Origin: an uncultured Alphaproteobacteria bacterium
GTDB lineage: Bacteria; Pseudomonadota; Alphaproteobacteria; RF32; CAG-239
Assembly: GCA_910587405.1 (NCBI GenBank)
Contig: CAJUKS010000004.1
Span: 78,141 to 142,140, forward strand
Direction: 5' to 3'
Length of the DNA: 64,000 nucleotides
Positions 38,308 to 48,448 of this stretch are shown piece by piece. Within the stretch, counting starts at the first letter, position 1. Every line of letters begins with the position of its first letter. The translations under genes were made by a program, and so were the position numbers. Below the pieces are notes generated by a model. That model had not been told where the DNA came from and ran no database searches. It saw only the letters and a list, made by a program, of their open reading frames with translations.

Positions 38308-38438
38308 AATAAAAAAATAATTAGTTATGTTTTCTTTATAATTTGTTTTTTGTCTATCAGTCAAGTTCTTTTACATGTTGCAAAGATTTTATTTATGAGC
38401 TATAATAAAAGCATCAGAATTGAAGGAGAAAATTTAAA

Positions 38439-38780
38439 ATGCGCAGATTTTGGACATTTTTGCTGGCCGCCGCTTTTATCTTCGCCGCGTTTTCCGCTCA
38501 GGCGGGAGTACGGTTCATCACCGATGTGCCGCAAAACACCGTTCAGGGAAAACTGCCGTCGGCCTATGCCAAATCCAAAGGCAAACGTGACTGTCAATCC
38601 GCCGGTTACAACAAAACCTCCTGCAGCGAAGACGAATATCTGGTCAAACGTTGTCCTTATGACGGACGCTATTACAAAGCCTGTTGCGACAAAGAATATT
38701 CTCACTCCAAATCGTTTTGTTTGAGCCGCGGCAAAAAGCCCAGCCGCAGATCCTGCGAAGGACTTTATGCCTGCGAATAA
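38439..38780 (+). CDS. Secreted Cys-rich small protein (113 aa)
   Basis: Signal peptide MRRFWTFLLAAAFIFAAFSAQA, 10 Cys in the mature part, and the motif CPYDGRYYKACCDKEYS shared with the next large gene. A terminator lies at about 38797-38826. Confidence 0.7.
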   Translation: MRRFWTFLLAAAFIFAAFSAQAGVRFITDVPQNTVQGKLPSAYAKSKGKRDCQSAGYNKTSCSEDEYLVKRCPYDGRYYKACCDKEYSHSKSFCLSRGKKPSRRSCEGLYACE

Positions 38781-39133
38781 ATAACTGATGCATCAAAACA
38801 CCCTTCTTGCCGAAGGGTGTTTTTTTATGCAATCCGACGAATCCGTCCGTCGCCCGTTCCGCTTTATCTCTCTACGTTTACCTGTTTACCGCCGGATGCC
38901 TTCAAATATGGCTTTTTCGCGGCGGCACGATTTTTCCGGCTTTGATTTTTTCCGATAACAAGTTGATTTTATTAAAGTTTTTATCCTTTAGCGGTGTTGC
39001 AAAAAAAGGTACGTTATTTTGCATCAGAAATCAAGACCAAAAATCAAGGCTCAGCGAAGAAAAAAATCCTCTTATTTTAACGTACAATATTTTCAATCAC
39101 CTCAAACAACCAAGGTAATAAAGGGGAAGGGTT

Positions 39134-41371
39134 ATGAAAATATCGGGTAAAATTTGGGCGGTGTGCATGCTGTTGGCCTGCGGCTGCCTTTGGAGTGCCG
39201 GCAACGTTTCGGCCAAGGTTTGTTTCGTCGGCGATCCCGACTGTGCCGGCGGCGCCGACTTCGGCGAGTATGTTGATCCGGCGGCAGACGGCGAACTTTG
39301 CAAAAAGGAAGGCTATATTCTTAAAGCAGACTGCGAAGCCAACCCGGCCAAACATGTCACAGGCTATTGTCCGTACAACGCCAACTATGTCATGTGCTGC
39401 GGCAAAGAATACTCCTACGATTTGTGTTTATATCCGTTGGTTTCCGACGGCAAATGCGGCAACCGGCATAAATGTGTCTGCGATTCAAAGTTTCCTTTCA
39501 ACGACAACTACAATGACACTTCGTGCAAACTCAAATATCCCGGCAGCGTTGCCGACGGCGGTTCTTGCGTTCAGACGACTTACAATGCCGCCAACAATTC
39601 CGGCAAAACCGATATCTATTTCTCGGAATGCATCTGCAACCCGGCCTCTTATCCGTTTTTGCGCGAAGACTGCACCAACGGAACCGAACCTTCGGACGAC
39701 GGATGTACCGGCACCGACCGGATCACCCGCTATTCGTCTTGTATCTGCAACCGCGAAAAATATCAATTTGCCGCCGGCGACTGCGAATTCGGAGGCAACC
39801 TCGACAAGAAGGAATATTATTGTATCCAGGGCGGTTCGTATTTCTTTACCCAATGCTACAATTGCGATGCCTTTCCGGCGACTTCGCTTGATCATGTCAA
39901 GGGCGGCGAAGGTGTCGGCTACAAAAAATGCACTTACGGCAACCGCTATCAGATCTTGCAATGCGAAGCCGGATACCGTCCCGGCAAAGACGGCGATAAC
40001 TGCCGGGAACTGACCTGTGAAGAGGCCGTCGACGAATGGCTGACCACCTATCCGGAACAAAAAGCAAGATACACCCTGCTCGCAAGTCCGCAAAATATTC
40101 AGGACAGCAAACTGGTTAACGCAACCAGCAACGCTTCCAACATCAAGACTCAGAACGTGATTCTGGCAGACAATCAACAACTTTCCAAAATCTATGCCGG
40201 CATCAATTACTACGGCGCCAGCGCCTTTGGAAAACTGCGGGGCGGTTATATGGCCGAACGCTGCAAAACCCGTCCGAACATTGTTTACACCTCAAGCAAC
40301 AACGGTTTCTGGATTCCGTCTCATTCACCGTTCGGCTGGAGTTCGTCCACCAAAGGAAAAGTCAAGTTATACGGCTTAAAGCTCGATATGAGCAAATTTA
40401 ACGGAACTTTCCAGACCTCGTACGGAATTGATGCCACCAACATCGATATCACGGCCCGAAACTGGACGATCCCGGCAACCGTCGACTATGCGCCGCGCTT
40501 TGTTTACGACAAAAGTTACGATAACGAAGGCTACGAGGCGATGCCGACAATCAACATCACCGGCACTTTGACCATCCAAAGCAAAGCAACCTTTGACGGT
40601 GTATCGTTTAACAAAGAAGACGCCTATGCCGGCCGCGGCTACATGGATATCCAGGTTCCGGCTTCTTATAAGAGACAAACGATGGTTACTTTCGGCTTCA
40701 AAGAAGATCAGGAATTCAAAATCGGTTCAGTTTATATGTATCCGAAAGACGTCGGGGTATGTAATTTCCAAAATTCAGGTAACTGTCTGACCGATTATAA
40801 CACGACAATATCATTCACCGGTCCTAGTTCGGAAAACCCGGCCAACGTTTACACCAGCATATATCTCGGTTACGGATATCAGGGCGGAACGAAAATTGCC
40901 CATAACATGATTGCCAAACTGTCGGGGGCGTTGGTTTGGAATATGTATAAAGGGGGCGGAAACTACAACATTACGCTTTCTCCCGGAAGCAAAATATACT
41001 CGACCGATTACGGTTCCGGCGAATATGCCCGCATTAAACGCGGCAGCGATTCAAAATGGGGCTGGTGTCGGATGTCTTCCACTTACCGCGTCGTCAGATA
41101 CGGAAAACACAGCGGCTGCTTGTTCAGCAACTGTTGCGGAGACTGCAAATTCCGTACCGATAAAGGCGACGATTATGTTGAAAACTATTCCATGGTTTGT
41201 TCCGTCAACAAATCTGCCTCCAAATCTTACATTGCCGGCATGAGCTTAACCAGTTCGTCTAACTGCAAATGCGGAAATCAGCGTCCGAATCAAAGTCAAC
41301 TCAACCGATGTATTGTTGATTTCGGCGGACATACCCATGTCCTCATGAATTGCGGTGACAGCAAACTGTAA
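39134..41371 (+). CDS. Large secreted or lipoprotein Cys-rich protein (745 aa)
   Basis: Signal with a possible lipobox, MLLAC. The N-terminal ~300 aa carry repeated Cys modules (CPYNANYVMCCGKEYS; ECICNPASYPFLREDC; SCICNREKYQFAAGDC). There is a second Cys cluster at the C-terminus. RBS AAAGGGGAAGGG. Confidence 0.75.
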   Translation: MKISGKIWAVCMLLACGCLWSAGNVSAKVCFVGDPDCAGGADFGEYVDPAADGELCKKEGYILKADCEANPAKHVTGYCPYNANYVMCCGKEYSYDLCLYPLVSDGKCGNRHKCVCDSKFPFNDNYNDTSCKLKYPGSVADGGSCVQTTYNAANNSGKTDIYFSECICNPASYPFLREDCTNGTEPSDDGCTGTDRITRYSSCICNREKYQFAAGDCEFGGNLDKKEYYCIQGGSYFFTQCYNCDAFPATSLDHVKGGEGVGYKKCTYGNRYQILQCEAGYRPGKDGDNCRELTCEEAVDEWLTTYPEQKARYTLLASPQNIQDSKLVNATSNASNIKTQNVILADNQQLSKIYAGINYYGASAFGKLRGGYMAERCKTRPNIVYTSSNNGFWIPSHSPFGWSSSTKGKVKLYGLKLDMSKFNGTFQTSYGIDATNIDITARNWTIPATVDYAPRFVYDKSYDNEGYEAMPTINITGTLTIQSKATFDGVSFNKEDAYAGRGYMDIQVPASYKRQTMVTFGFKEDQEFKIGSVYMYPKDVGVCNFQNSGNCLTDYNTTISFTGPSSENPANVYTSIYLGYGYQGGTKIAHNMIAKLSGALVWNMYKGGGNYNITLSPGSKIYSTDYGSGEYARIKRGSDSKWGWCRMSSTYRVVRYGKHSGCLFSNCCGDCKFRTDKGDDYVENYSMVCSVNKSASKSYIAGMSLTSSSNCKCGNQRPNQSQLNRCIVDFGGHTHVLMNCGDSKL

Positions 41372-41762
41372 CGGATATCCCCGCCCACACCGGGAGGCAA
41401 GCTTCCCGGCGGCAAATCCCCTTTAAGGGCGGGGCCCTTGATACGGGAAGGGAAGAAAAACGAATTGATGTTTTTCTTCCCGCACTCCCGAACCTGAAAC
41501 AAGCTTAAGGGGAAACGGTCTACCGGACCTTAAACGGAAACCTTTTATACCAAATTATTATCTACAACTATTTCCGTTTTATTATTCAAGGAGAGAATAC
41601 AGACCCGCGTTTCCCGGACAATCCAGAAACGGCTCCCTGTGGTTCCTTATCATAACGGTCGGTTGTACGATCCTGTTTCGACATCCCCGTCTCAAGCTCA
41701 GGCTTCCGACGATCAAATATTTCCGAAAACAGATTTAAACAACAATTAAAACCATTTGTATT

Positions 41763-43025
41763 ATGAAAACTAACAAATTCTGGTTCGCAACGGCAGCAGC
41801 TGCCCTTGTAACCGTTATCTGCGTGTTCACCTCCTGCAGCAAGGAAGACGAGCCTTTCCTGCCAGAAGTGATCGAAAGTGAAGTTCTTGAAACCGGCATC
41901 AGCAATGACGTCAACGAGGTTTCCGGAACCGAAGGTACCAAACTGAGCTACGAATCCTGGATTGTGGTCAAGGGACAAACCCGCGCCGCTTTCGAGAACA
42001 AAGTCTCCGTTACTCTCTGCAATCAGTTGAACAATGTCGACAGTGTGATCACTGTGCAAAGCTTCGAACTCGGCGAATATACGACCGATATCGATTATCA
42101 GCCTTATGCTCAGCGAAGCGAAGGTTTCGTCACCGTCACCGACTCGGTGCTGGTGTATAAGGTGATTTTTGATCAATTTTCGTTTGCCTATAACCTGCAG
42201 TTCGAAGTTCCGGTGTATAACGACGGCGTGACCCGGCAGACCATGCCCTACCACCGTTACGGAAACATCAAGGACAACGGCTGTACGCTGGAAGAAATGG
42301 ACTTTTTGGTCGAGGCTTCCGACAACGGCATGGAATACGTCTATTTGCGCAAGTTGCTCTCACACTCGCTGACGGTCGAATTTAACGGCAGCGAATACAC
42401 CTTGACCGCAAAGATCGAATTGCGACGCAACCTCGGAACGGCACCTTGTATTGTTAAGTCCGAAGTTTTGGAAGACGGCAAGGACATCCTGCAATCTGGT
42501 GTTTTCGGCGCGCTTTCCGAAGTTCATTATCAATCGTGGATTAAGGTAAAGCAGTTTTGGTCCGACGGCAACGTGGTCGAAAAAACTTATACCAACCAGT
42601 GTGCGGTAGAGATTTCGCTCAATACCGAATCTAAGATGTATAAGATTCTGCCCGACATCGAAATCATACGGGAAAAAGCGGCGACGGTTACGGGAGAAAC
42701 CGAAGAAACCGCATTCGGATCCGAAACCGAATATATCCGGAGCTATGTGACCCACAAGTCTTATGAAATAAAGTACAATTATTTCACTTTGACGTACCTG
42801 TTTCAGGATATGGTTCCCGTCTATGACGACAATGTCACCCGCCACCAAATGCCGAGCTATCAGTTTGACCAAATCAGCGACAGCTTCCGTCTGTCTGCGG
42901 GTGCCGACGACTATGTCAACGGAAATCCGGCATTCGGCTATATTTTCTATTCGAAACTGTCTTTCCAATTCGGCAACATTGAAAGCTCTTTCGACAAGGA
43001 CATATCGCTGTATGTGCTGAAGTAA
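41763..43025 (+). CDS. Lipoprotein with an internal two-fold repeat
   Basis: MKTNKFWFATAAAALVTVICVFTSCSKEDE, a lipobox followed by acidic residues. There are two ~150-aa repeats, each ending in VPVY(N/D)D(G/N)VTR(Q/H)xMP. Confidence 0.75.
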   Translation: MKTNKFWFATAAAALVTVICVFTSCSKEDEPFLPEVIESEVLETGISNDVNEVSGTEGTKLSYESWIVVKGQTRAAFENKVSVTLCNQLNNVDSVITVQSFELGEYTTDIDYQPYAQRSEGFVTVTDSVLVYKVIFDQFSFAYNLQFEVPVYNDGVTRQTMPYHRYGNIKDNGCTLEEMDFLVEASDNGMEYVYLRKLLSHSLTVEFNGSEYTLTAKIELRRNLGTAPCIVKSEVLEDGKDILQSGVFGALSEVHYQSWIKVKQFWSDGNVVEKTYTNQCAVEISLNTESKMYKILPDIEIIREKAATVTGETEETAFGSETEYIRSYVTHKSYEIKYNYFTLTYLFQDMVPVYDDNVTRHQMPSYQFDQISDSFRLSAGADDYVNGNPAFGYIFYSKLSFQFGNIESSFDKDISLYVLK

Positions 43026-43102
43026 ACAAGCCTTACCAAGGCTTATGCCAAGAAACCCCGGTCACAAGCCGGGGTTTTCTTCTTTGACGCTTCGGCCGGA
43101 AA

Positions 43103-44782
43103 CTATCGTTCCAGCGGCTTAAACTTCATCGCATGCGGATTGCAGGCGTCTTCGCCGAGACGGCGCACTTTGTCTTTTTCGTATTCTTCAAAGTTGCCTT
43201 CAAACCACTCGACATGGCCGTTGCCTTCATAGGCCAGAATGTGAGTGGCCAGACGGTCAAGGAACCAACGGTCGTGCGAAGTTACCAAAACGCAGCCCGG
43301 ATAAGTCATAATTCCTTCCTCCAGCGATCTCAGAGTATCGACGTCCAAATCGTTGGTCGGTTCGTCCAGCATGATCACGTTGGCGCCTTTGCGCAGCATT
43401 TTCGCCAAGTGGACGCGGTTGCGTTCGCCGCCCGACAATTGCCCGACTTTTTTCTGCTGATCGCCGCCTTTGAAATTGAACTGGCCGACATAAGCGCGGG
43501 ACGGAAACTCTTTTTTGCCGAGCGTAATCATATCCAAACCGTCGGAAATTTCTTCCCACACGTTTTTGTCGGGGTTCAACTCGTCGCGGCTTTGGTCAAC
43601 ATAGCCCAAATCGACCGTGTCACCGATACGGATGGTTCCGGCATCCGGTTTTTCCTGTCCGGTAATCATGCGGAACAGCGTTGTTTTGCCGGCGCCGTTG
43701 GGCCCGATAATGCCGACGATTGCCCCCTTCGGAATCTTAAACGACAGATCGTCGATCAAAACCCGGTCGCCGTAGCCTTTGCTGATGTGCTCGGCCTCAA
43801 TTACCAGATCGCCGAGACGTTCGGTCATCGGAATATTGATGTTGGCGGTGGTAATCTTGTCTTTCGAAGCGGCCTGCAACAGTTCGTCATAAGCGTTGAT
43901 ACGCGCTTTTGACTTGGCCTGACGGGCTTTGGGATTTTTGCGGATCCATTCCAGTTCGTTGGCCAGGATACGTTGACGGGCGGTTTCTTCCTTTTCTTCC
44001 TGTTCCAGACGTTTACGCTTCTGTTCCAGCCACGAAGAATAATTTCCTTCGTAAGGAATGCCCTGTCCGCGGTCAATTTCCAGAATCCAACCGGTGACAT
44101 TGTCAAGGAAATAGCGGTCGTGGGTAACCATCACCACGGTTCCGGCATAATTCTGCAAGTGTTTTTCCAACCAGGCGACCGATTCGGCATCCAAATGGTT
44201 GGTCGGTTCATCCAACAGCAGCATGTCCGGTTTTTGCAGCAGCAACCGACACAAGGCAACCCGGCGCTTTTCTCCGCCGGAAAGCTTGCCGATCTCGGCA
44301 TCGGCGGGCGGACAGCGCAGCGCATCCATCGCAATTTGAACATTGCGTTCCAAATCCCAGCCGTTGCAGGCATCGATTTTTTCCTGCAAATCGGCCTGTT
44401 CGTTGATGAGGTCGTTCATTTCCTCGTCGCTCATCGGTTCGGCAAAGCGTGCCGAAACTTCTTCAAACTTCTTAAGCAAATCGCGGGTTTCGCCCAAACC
44501 GTCCATAATGTTTTCCATCACGTTTTTGGCCGGATCGAGTTTCGGTTCCTGTTCCAGATAGCCGACTTTAACTCCGTCGGCGGCCCAGGCTTCGCCGTTA
44601 AATTCCTTGTCAACACCGGCCATGATTTTCAGCAAAGTGGACTTTCCGGCCCCGTTAACCCCCAGTACGCCGATTTTGGCTCCGGGCAGGAAGGAAAGCG
44701 TGATCCCTTTAAACAGTTCTCTGCCTCCCGGAAAAACTTTGGTCAGGTTTTGCATGACGTAAACATACTGGTAAGATGCCAT
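43103..44782 (-). CDS. ettA: Energy-dependent translational throttle protein EttA (ABC-F ATPase)
   Basis: [22 protein letters not shown], two ABC cassettes ([12 protein letters not shown] / [12 protein letters not shown]; LSGGEKRR / LSGGERNR), 559 aa. Confidence 0.95.
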   Translation of the reverse strand: MASYQYVYVMQNLTKVFPGGRELFKGITLSFLPGAKIGVLGVNGAGKSTLLKIMAGVDKEFNGEAWAADGVKVGYLEQEPKLDPAKNVMENIMDGLGETRDLLKKFEEVSARFAEPMSDEEMNDLINEQADLQEKIDACNGWDLERNVQIAMDALRCPPADAEIGKLSGGEKRRVALCRLLLQKPDMLLLDEPTNHLDAESVAWLEKHLQNYAGTVVMVTHDRYFLDNVTGWILEIDRGQGIPYEGNYSSWLEQKRKRLEQEEKEETARQRILANELEWIRKNPKARQAKSKARINAYDELLQAASKDKITTANINIPMTERLGDLVIEAEHISKGYGDRVLIDDLSFKIPKGAIVGIIGPNGAGKTTLFRMITGQEKPDAGTIRIGDTVDLGYVDQSRDELNPDKNVWEEISDGLDMITLGKKEFPSRAYVGQFNFKGGDQQKKVGQLSGGERNRVHLAKMLRKGANVIMLDEPTNDLDVDTLRSLEEGIMTYPGCVLVTSHDRWFLDRLATHILAYEGNGHVEWFEGNFEEYEKDKVRRLGEDACNPHAMKFKPLER

Positions 44783-44818
44783 ATTGATAAATCTCCTTAT
44801 ATTTTGGTTATTGACTGA

Positions 44819-45478
44819 TTATTGGCGTTTAATGTGTCCGATTCCGAAATCTTGCGGCACCGGTGCGGAAGCGGGAGTCCGATAGCCCAGATTTTCGGCC
44901 GGCACCGCGGCCGTCGGCACCGCCTGCGGCTCTTCGGAAGCACCGGAATGAACCACCGGAACCGTCTGCGTCGAAGTGTCGGTTTTGATCGTGATGTCGC
45001 CGGTTTTTATTTTTTTGCCGCGGTCATAGATCTTTTGGGCGGTCGTGCGGTCGTTGCGGTCCTTGTAAAGCAGCGTCGCGTCATAGGGCTTGCGCGGCGT
45101 AAACAGTTTGCCGTCGGGCATTTTTATGCTGCCGTCGGCATACAGGGTCGCTTCGTAAATCGGCTGGCTGTCAAAACGGCGGTTAATGTCGTCACAACCG
45201 TAAAAACCGTCCGACTGTTTGGCAAAATAGGCGTCGGCTTTGGCGTTATTGTAAGCATACATCGCGCTGGCCTGAGCCTTGTTGTTCGGCGCTTTGGTAA
45301 TCAGAATCGCCCGCGCCAGCATTTCAAAGGTCTGAAACTTGGAAGCACCGCAGGCCATGCCCTGCCCGGCAACATAACCAAGCGCCTTCACTTCATCCAT
45401 ATAAGACACTTTCTGGGCATGCGCGCTGCTGCCGAAAACAACCGCCGCCGCCGCGGCAAGCACAAATATTTTTTTCAT
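44819..45478 (-). CDS. Hypothetical periplasmic protein
   Basis: Signal peptide MKKIFVLAAAAAVVFGSSAHA from the internal ATG at 45478. Confidence 0.55.
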   Translation of the reverse strand: MKKIFVLAAAAAVVFGSSAHAQKVSYMDEVKALGYVAGQGMACGASKFQTFEMLARAILITKAPNNKAQASAMYAYNNAKADAYFAKQSDGFYGCDDINRRFDSQPIYEATLYADGSIKMPDGKLFTPRKPYDATLLYKDRNDRTTAQKIYDRGKKIKTGDITIKTDTSTQTVPVVHSGASEEPQAVPTAAVPAENLGYRTPASAPVPQDFGIGHIKRQ

Positions 45479-45625
45479 CACAACTCCTCGGTTAAAGTTA
45501 CAGCGTATTATAGGGGAAATATTTTGCAATGCAAAAATAATCTTTGTTTTTTACCAAAAATATGGTTGACAAACGGCAAGTTTTATCATAAGTTTCAGCA
45601 AAACATCTGATATGAGGAATGTGTT

Positions 45626-45751
45626 ATGAAACTTTATAGTTCTTTAAAGACTAAGAAAAACCGCGACAAAGACTGCAAGATTGTTCGCCGCAAAGGTCGC
45701 ATTTTCGTTATTAATAAGAAGAACCCCAAGTTCAAAGCTTGTCAGGGTTAG
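45626..45751 (+). CDS. rpmJ: 50S ribosomal protein L36 (alphaproteobacterial type)
   Basis: Hand-found 41-aa [54 protein letters not shown], and a terminator at 45774-45799. Confidence 0.9.
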   Translation: MKLYSSLKTKKNRDKDCKIVRRKGRIFVINKKNPKFKACQG

Positions 45752-45908
45752 TTTATTGAAGCCTTTCAAATTCAGCTCCGCCGCCGCGGAGCTTTTTTTG
45801 TACCTTTAAAGATTTGCGCGGCGCTGCCGTTTTTTCTTTGCTTTTCACACAAAAAAACGCCCCGGACAAATCCGGGGCTGAAAAACGAGCCGTTTTTCGG
45901 GAGAAAAC

Positions 45909-47219
45909 TCAGGGTAAAAGCGGCGACCATGCCGGATCGGAAGCATCGGCCGGCGTAACGATCATCCGTTCGTTAAAACCGGTGAGGTCAATCGTATACA
46001 GCTTGACCGGTGCATTGCCGCGCGAAGTTCCCTTGTCCTGGCGAAAATACATCAGAACCCGGCCGTTGGGCGCCCACACCGGCGCTTCGACCAGATAACC
46101 GGCGGTCAACAAGCGTTCGCCGCTGCCGTCGGGATACATCACCCCGATATAAAACTGGCCGCCCGCCATTTTGGTAAAGGCAATATAATCGCCGCGCGGC
46201 GACCAAACCGGCGTCGCATAGCGGCCGTTGCCGAAACTGATGCGGCGAACGTTGCTGCCGTCCACATCCATCACATACAACTGCTGATTGCCGCCGCGAT
46301 CGGAGTTAAACACGATCTGTTTGCCGTCGGGCGAATAGCTGGGAGAAGTGTTGATCGAAGTTCCCGAAGTCAGCTGGCGTGTCTTGTCGGTTTTGAGGTC
46401 CAGTTCATAAATGTCGGTGGTGCTGCCGCGGGCATAGCTGAGCAACAGCTTGGAACTGTCGGGCGAGAACACCGGCGCAAAAGTCATGCCTTTGAAGGCG
46501 CCGACCAGCCGCTGCTGCCCGCTTTCAATGTCCAGCATATAAACTTTCGGCGTGCTGCCGGCATAAGACAAATAGGTAATCTTTTGCAGGTTGGGCGAAA
46601 AGCGCGGCGTCAGCGCCATCGAAGCGCCGTTGGTCAGAAACTTGTGATTTTCGCCGTCCTGATCCATAATCGCCAACCGCTTGATGCGCCGGGTTGCCGG
46701 GCCGCTTTCCGAAATATACACGATCCGGGTGTCAAAATAGCCTTTTTCGCCGGTCAGACGTTCGTAAATGGCATCGGCAATCACGTGAGCAACGCGGCGC
46801 CAGTTGTCTTTGGTGGTGGTAAACGACTGTCCTTTCAACTGTTCTTCGGCAAAAACGTCCCACAGGCGAAATTCCACCCGCAGATTGTCGGCGTCGATTT
46901 CCGAAATAGCGCTTTGCACCAGCGAAACCGCATTGATCGCTTTCCAGTCGCCGAAGCGCGGCAGTTCGTCGATCGAATTGAATTTTTGAATATAGCTGTC
47001 TTCGGGGATAATGCGAAACAGCCCCGAACGTTCAAGGTCGGCAATGACCACTTCGCGGATTCGTTCGCCGTAATCGGCAGCGCTGCCGCTGCCCGACATT
47101 TGTGGAAAAGCGATCGGCATCGGTTCGCGCATGGCGCCGTTAACGTCAATTTGCAGTTCGGCGCGGGCGGGCGAGATCAAAAACCCGAGCGCCAACACAA
47201 TGTAATATACAATTTTCAT
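45909..47219 (-). CDS. tolB: Tol-Pal system beta-propeller protein TolB
   Basis: Signal peptide, an N-terminal TolB domain ([20 protein letters not shown]), and repeated PxWSPDG-type beta-propeller blades. Confidence 0.95.
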   Translation of the reverse strand: MKIVYYIVLALGFLISPARAELQIDVNGAMREPMPIAFPQMSGSGSAADYGERIREVVIADLERSGLFRIIPEDSYIQKFNSIDELPRFGDWKAINAVSLVQSAISEIDADNLRVEFRLWDVFAEEQLKGQSFTTTKDNWRRVAHVIADAIYERLTGEKGYFDTRIVYISESGPATRRIKRLAIMDQDGENHKFLTNGASMALTPRFSPNLQKITYLSYAGSTPKVYMLDIESGQQRLVGAFKGMTFAPVFSPDSSKLLLSYARGSTTDIYELDLKTDKTRQLTSGTSINTSPSYSPDGKQIVFNSDRGGNQQLYVMDVDGSNVRRISFGNGRYATPVWSPRGDYIAFTKMAGGQFYIGVMYPDGSGERLLTAGYLVEAPVWAPNGRVLMYFRQDKGTSRGNAPVKLYTIDLTGFNERMIVTPADASDPAWSPLLP

Positions 47220-47317
47220 CTTACACCTTGGAATTTTAAAGTTTTACTTGTACCTTAACATATGTTAACATTGTTAAAATTTCATTAGCAGAGACAAAAT
47301 TTTATAAAGACATAAGG

Positions 47318-47776
47318 ATGAATATTACCGATTTCAAACTACAACTTCCGGCCCAAAAAGCGCTGATCGGCTTTGACTACGGCAGCCATCGTCTCGGCGT
47401 TGCGGTGTCGGACCTGTCACGAACGATTGCGTCTTCGCACAGCATTATCCAACGTTCCGACTGGGCGGCCGATCTGGCGGCGATCCGGCGGATTATCGAT
47501 GCCAAGGAAGTGGGCGGCATGGTCTTCGGGCTGCCGCTGCAAATGAACGGACAGGAAGGCGAAATTGCCGCCGAAGTGCGCGCTTTTGCCGACAAGTTGC
47601 AACAAGCGGTGAAACTGCCGCTGGCTTTTTGGGACGAAAGACTGTCTTCGGCCGCGGTTGAAAGCTTTTTGATTAAGGAAGTCGACCTCTCGCGTTCCAA
47701 ACGCAAAAAAGTGCTGGACGCTTCGGCGGCCGCCTATATTTTGCAAGGCTTTCTCGATTCGTTAAAATTTGCCTGA
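47318..47776 (+). CDS. ruvX: Putative pre-16S rRNA nuclease / Holliday-junction-resolvase-like YqgF
   Basis: LIGFDYGSHRLGVAVSD, GLPLQMNG and the DERLSS motif. Confidence 0.9.
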   Translation: MNITDFKLQLPAQKALIGFDYGSHRLGVAVSDLSRTIASSHSIIQRSDWAADLAAIRRIIDAKEVGGMVFGLPLQMNGQEGEIAAEVRAFADKLQQAVKLPLAFWDERLSSAAVESFLIKEVDLSRSKRKKVLDASAAAYILQGFLDSLKFA

Positions 47777-47990
47777 CAGCCCTCGTCCCGCCGCACGTTT
47801 TTTATCCGGCGGCAATCCTGAACACCCCGCCTGATCACCGACACAGCCGGGTTAAACTGATGTCGCCCGCCACCCGATTCGCCTGACGTTCTTCTCGCCG
47901 TCCACACTCCTGATCACCCCGCCTGTATCCGCCCGCCCCTGCCGGTTTCCTGATCCTCAACACGGTTTGGTTTGTCTGACAGCCCCCTAC
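47771..47990 (+). repeat. C-rich degenerate short-repeat region (YCTGA..CCCC/GCCC units), bracketed by the direct repeat CTGACAGCCC
   Basis: CTGACAGCCC occurs at 47773-47782, overlapping the ruvX stop, and again at 47976-47985. Between them I count 7-8 CCTGA(Y)-type units by eye. Confidence 0.5.
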
Positions 47991-48077
47991 CCCTAAGATA
48001 GATACAATCTCAGAGTGTAATATTTTTTTCTATTCTACCTATAATATGTATTAAATTAATCGGAGAGCCGATTCTTC

Positions 48078-48300
48078 TTGTGTTCCTCAGTTCCGCTGCC
48101 CCTGTCTTTCCCTGTTCTTCTCCGGCCGATTCTGTCTCTCCCCATCTCCCAACGACTCCGCCTTTTCCTCACGTCCGCTGCCGCATCTCTTCACCCTTTT
48201 TCCTCGCTTCCACGCCGTTCTCCCTCTCTCCTTTTGTCCCTGCATCTGCCGCAGCTTCCTTTCTCTCACAACCGCCGCGATTCCGAGTATCGGCGCTCAC
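48078..48300 (+). repeat. Polypyrimidine (C/T-rich) tract of about 220 nt, purine- and GGA-rich on the minus strand
   Basis: Roughly four-fifths pyrimidine by eye on the + strand. The hairpin AATCGG-AGAG-CCGATT sits at its 5' edge. The track ORFs here are low-complexity artefacts. Confidence 0.6.
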
Positions 48301-48448
48301 AAGGCGGCATCAATTGCCGGTTGTATCACAAAATACGACTCTACTTATAGTATACAAACTGAGAATTAAAATGCTTGCCGGGCCGATTCGTTTTTCGCCG
48401 CGGCAAAAAGACATAGAAAAACCCGCCGCAGCGGGGAAAATTGTTCTT

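Noticed and set aside
41586-42254. A 222-aa minus-strand ORF overlapping the start of the lipoprotein gene.
   Set aside because: It overlaps a + strand gene that has a convincing lipoprotein signal and an internal repeat structure. It has no RBS or motif of its own.
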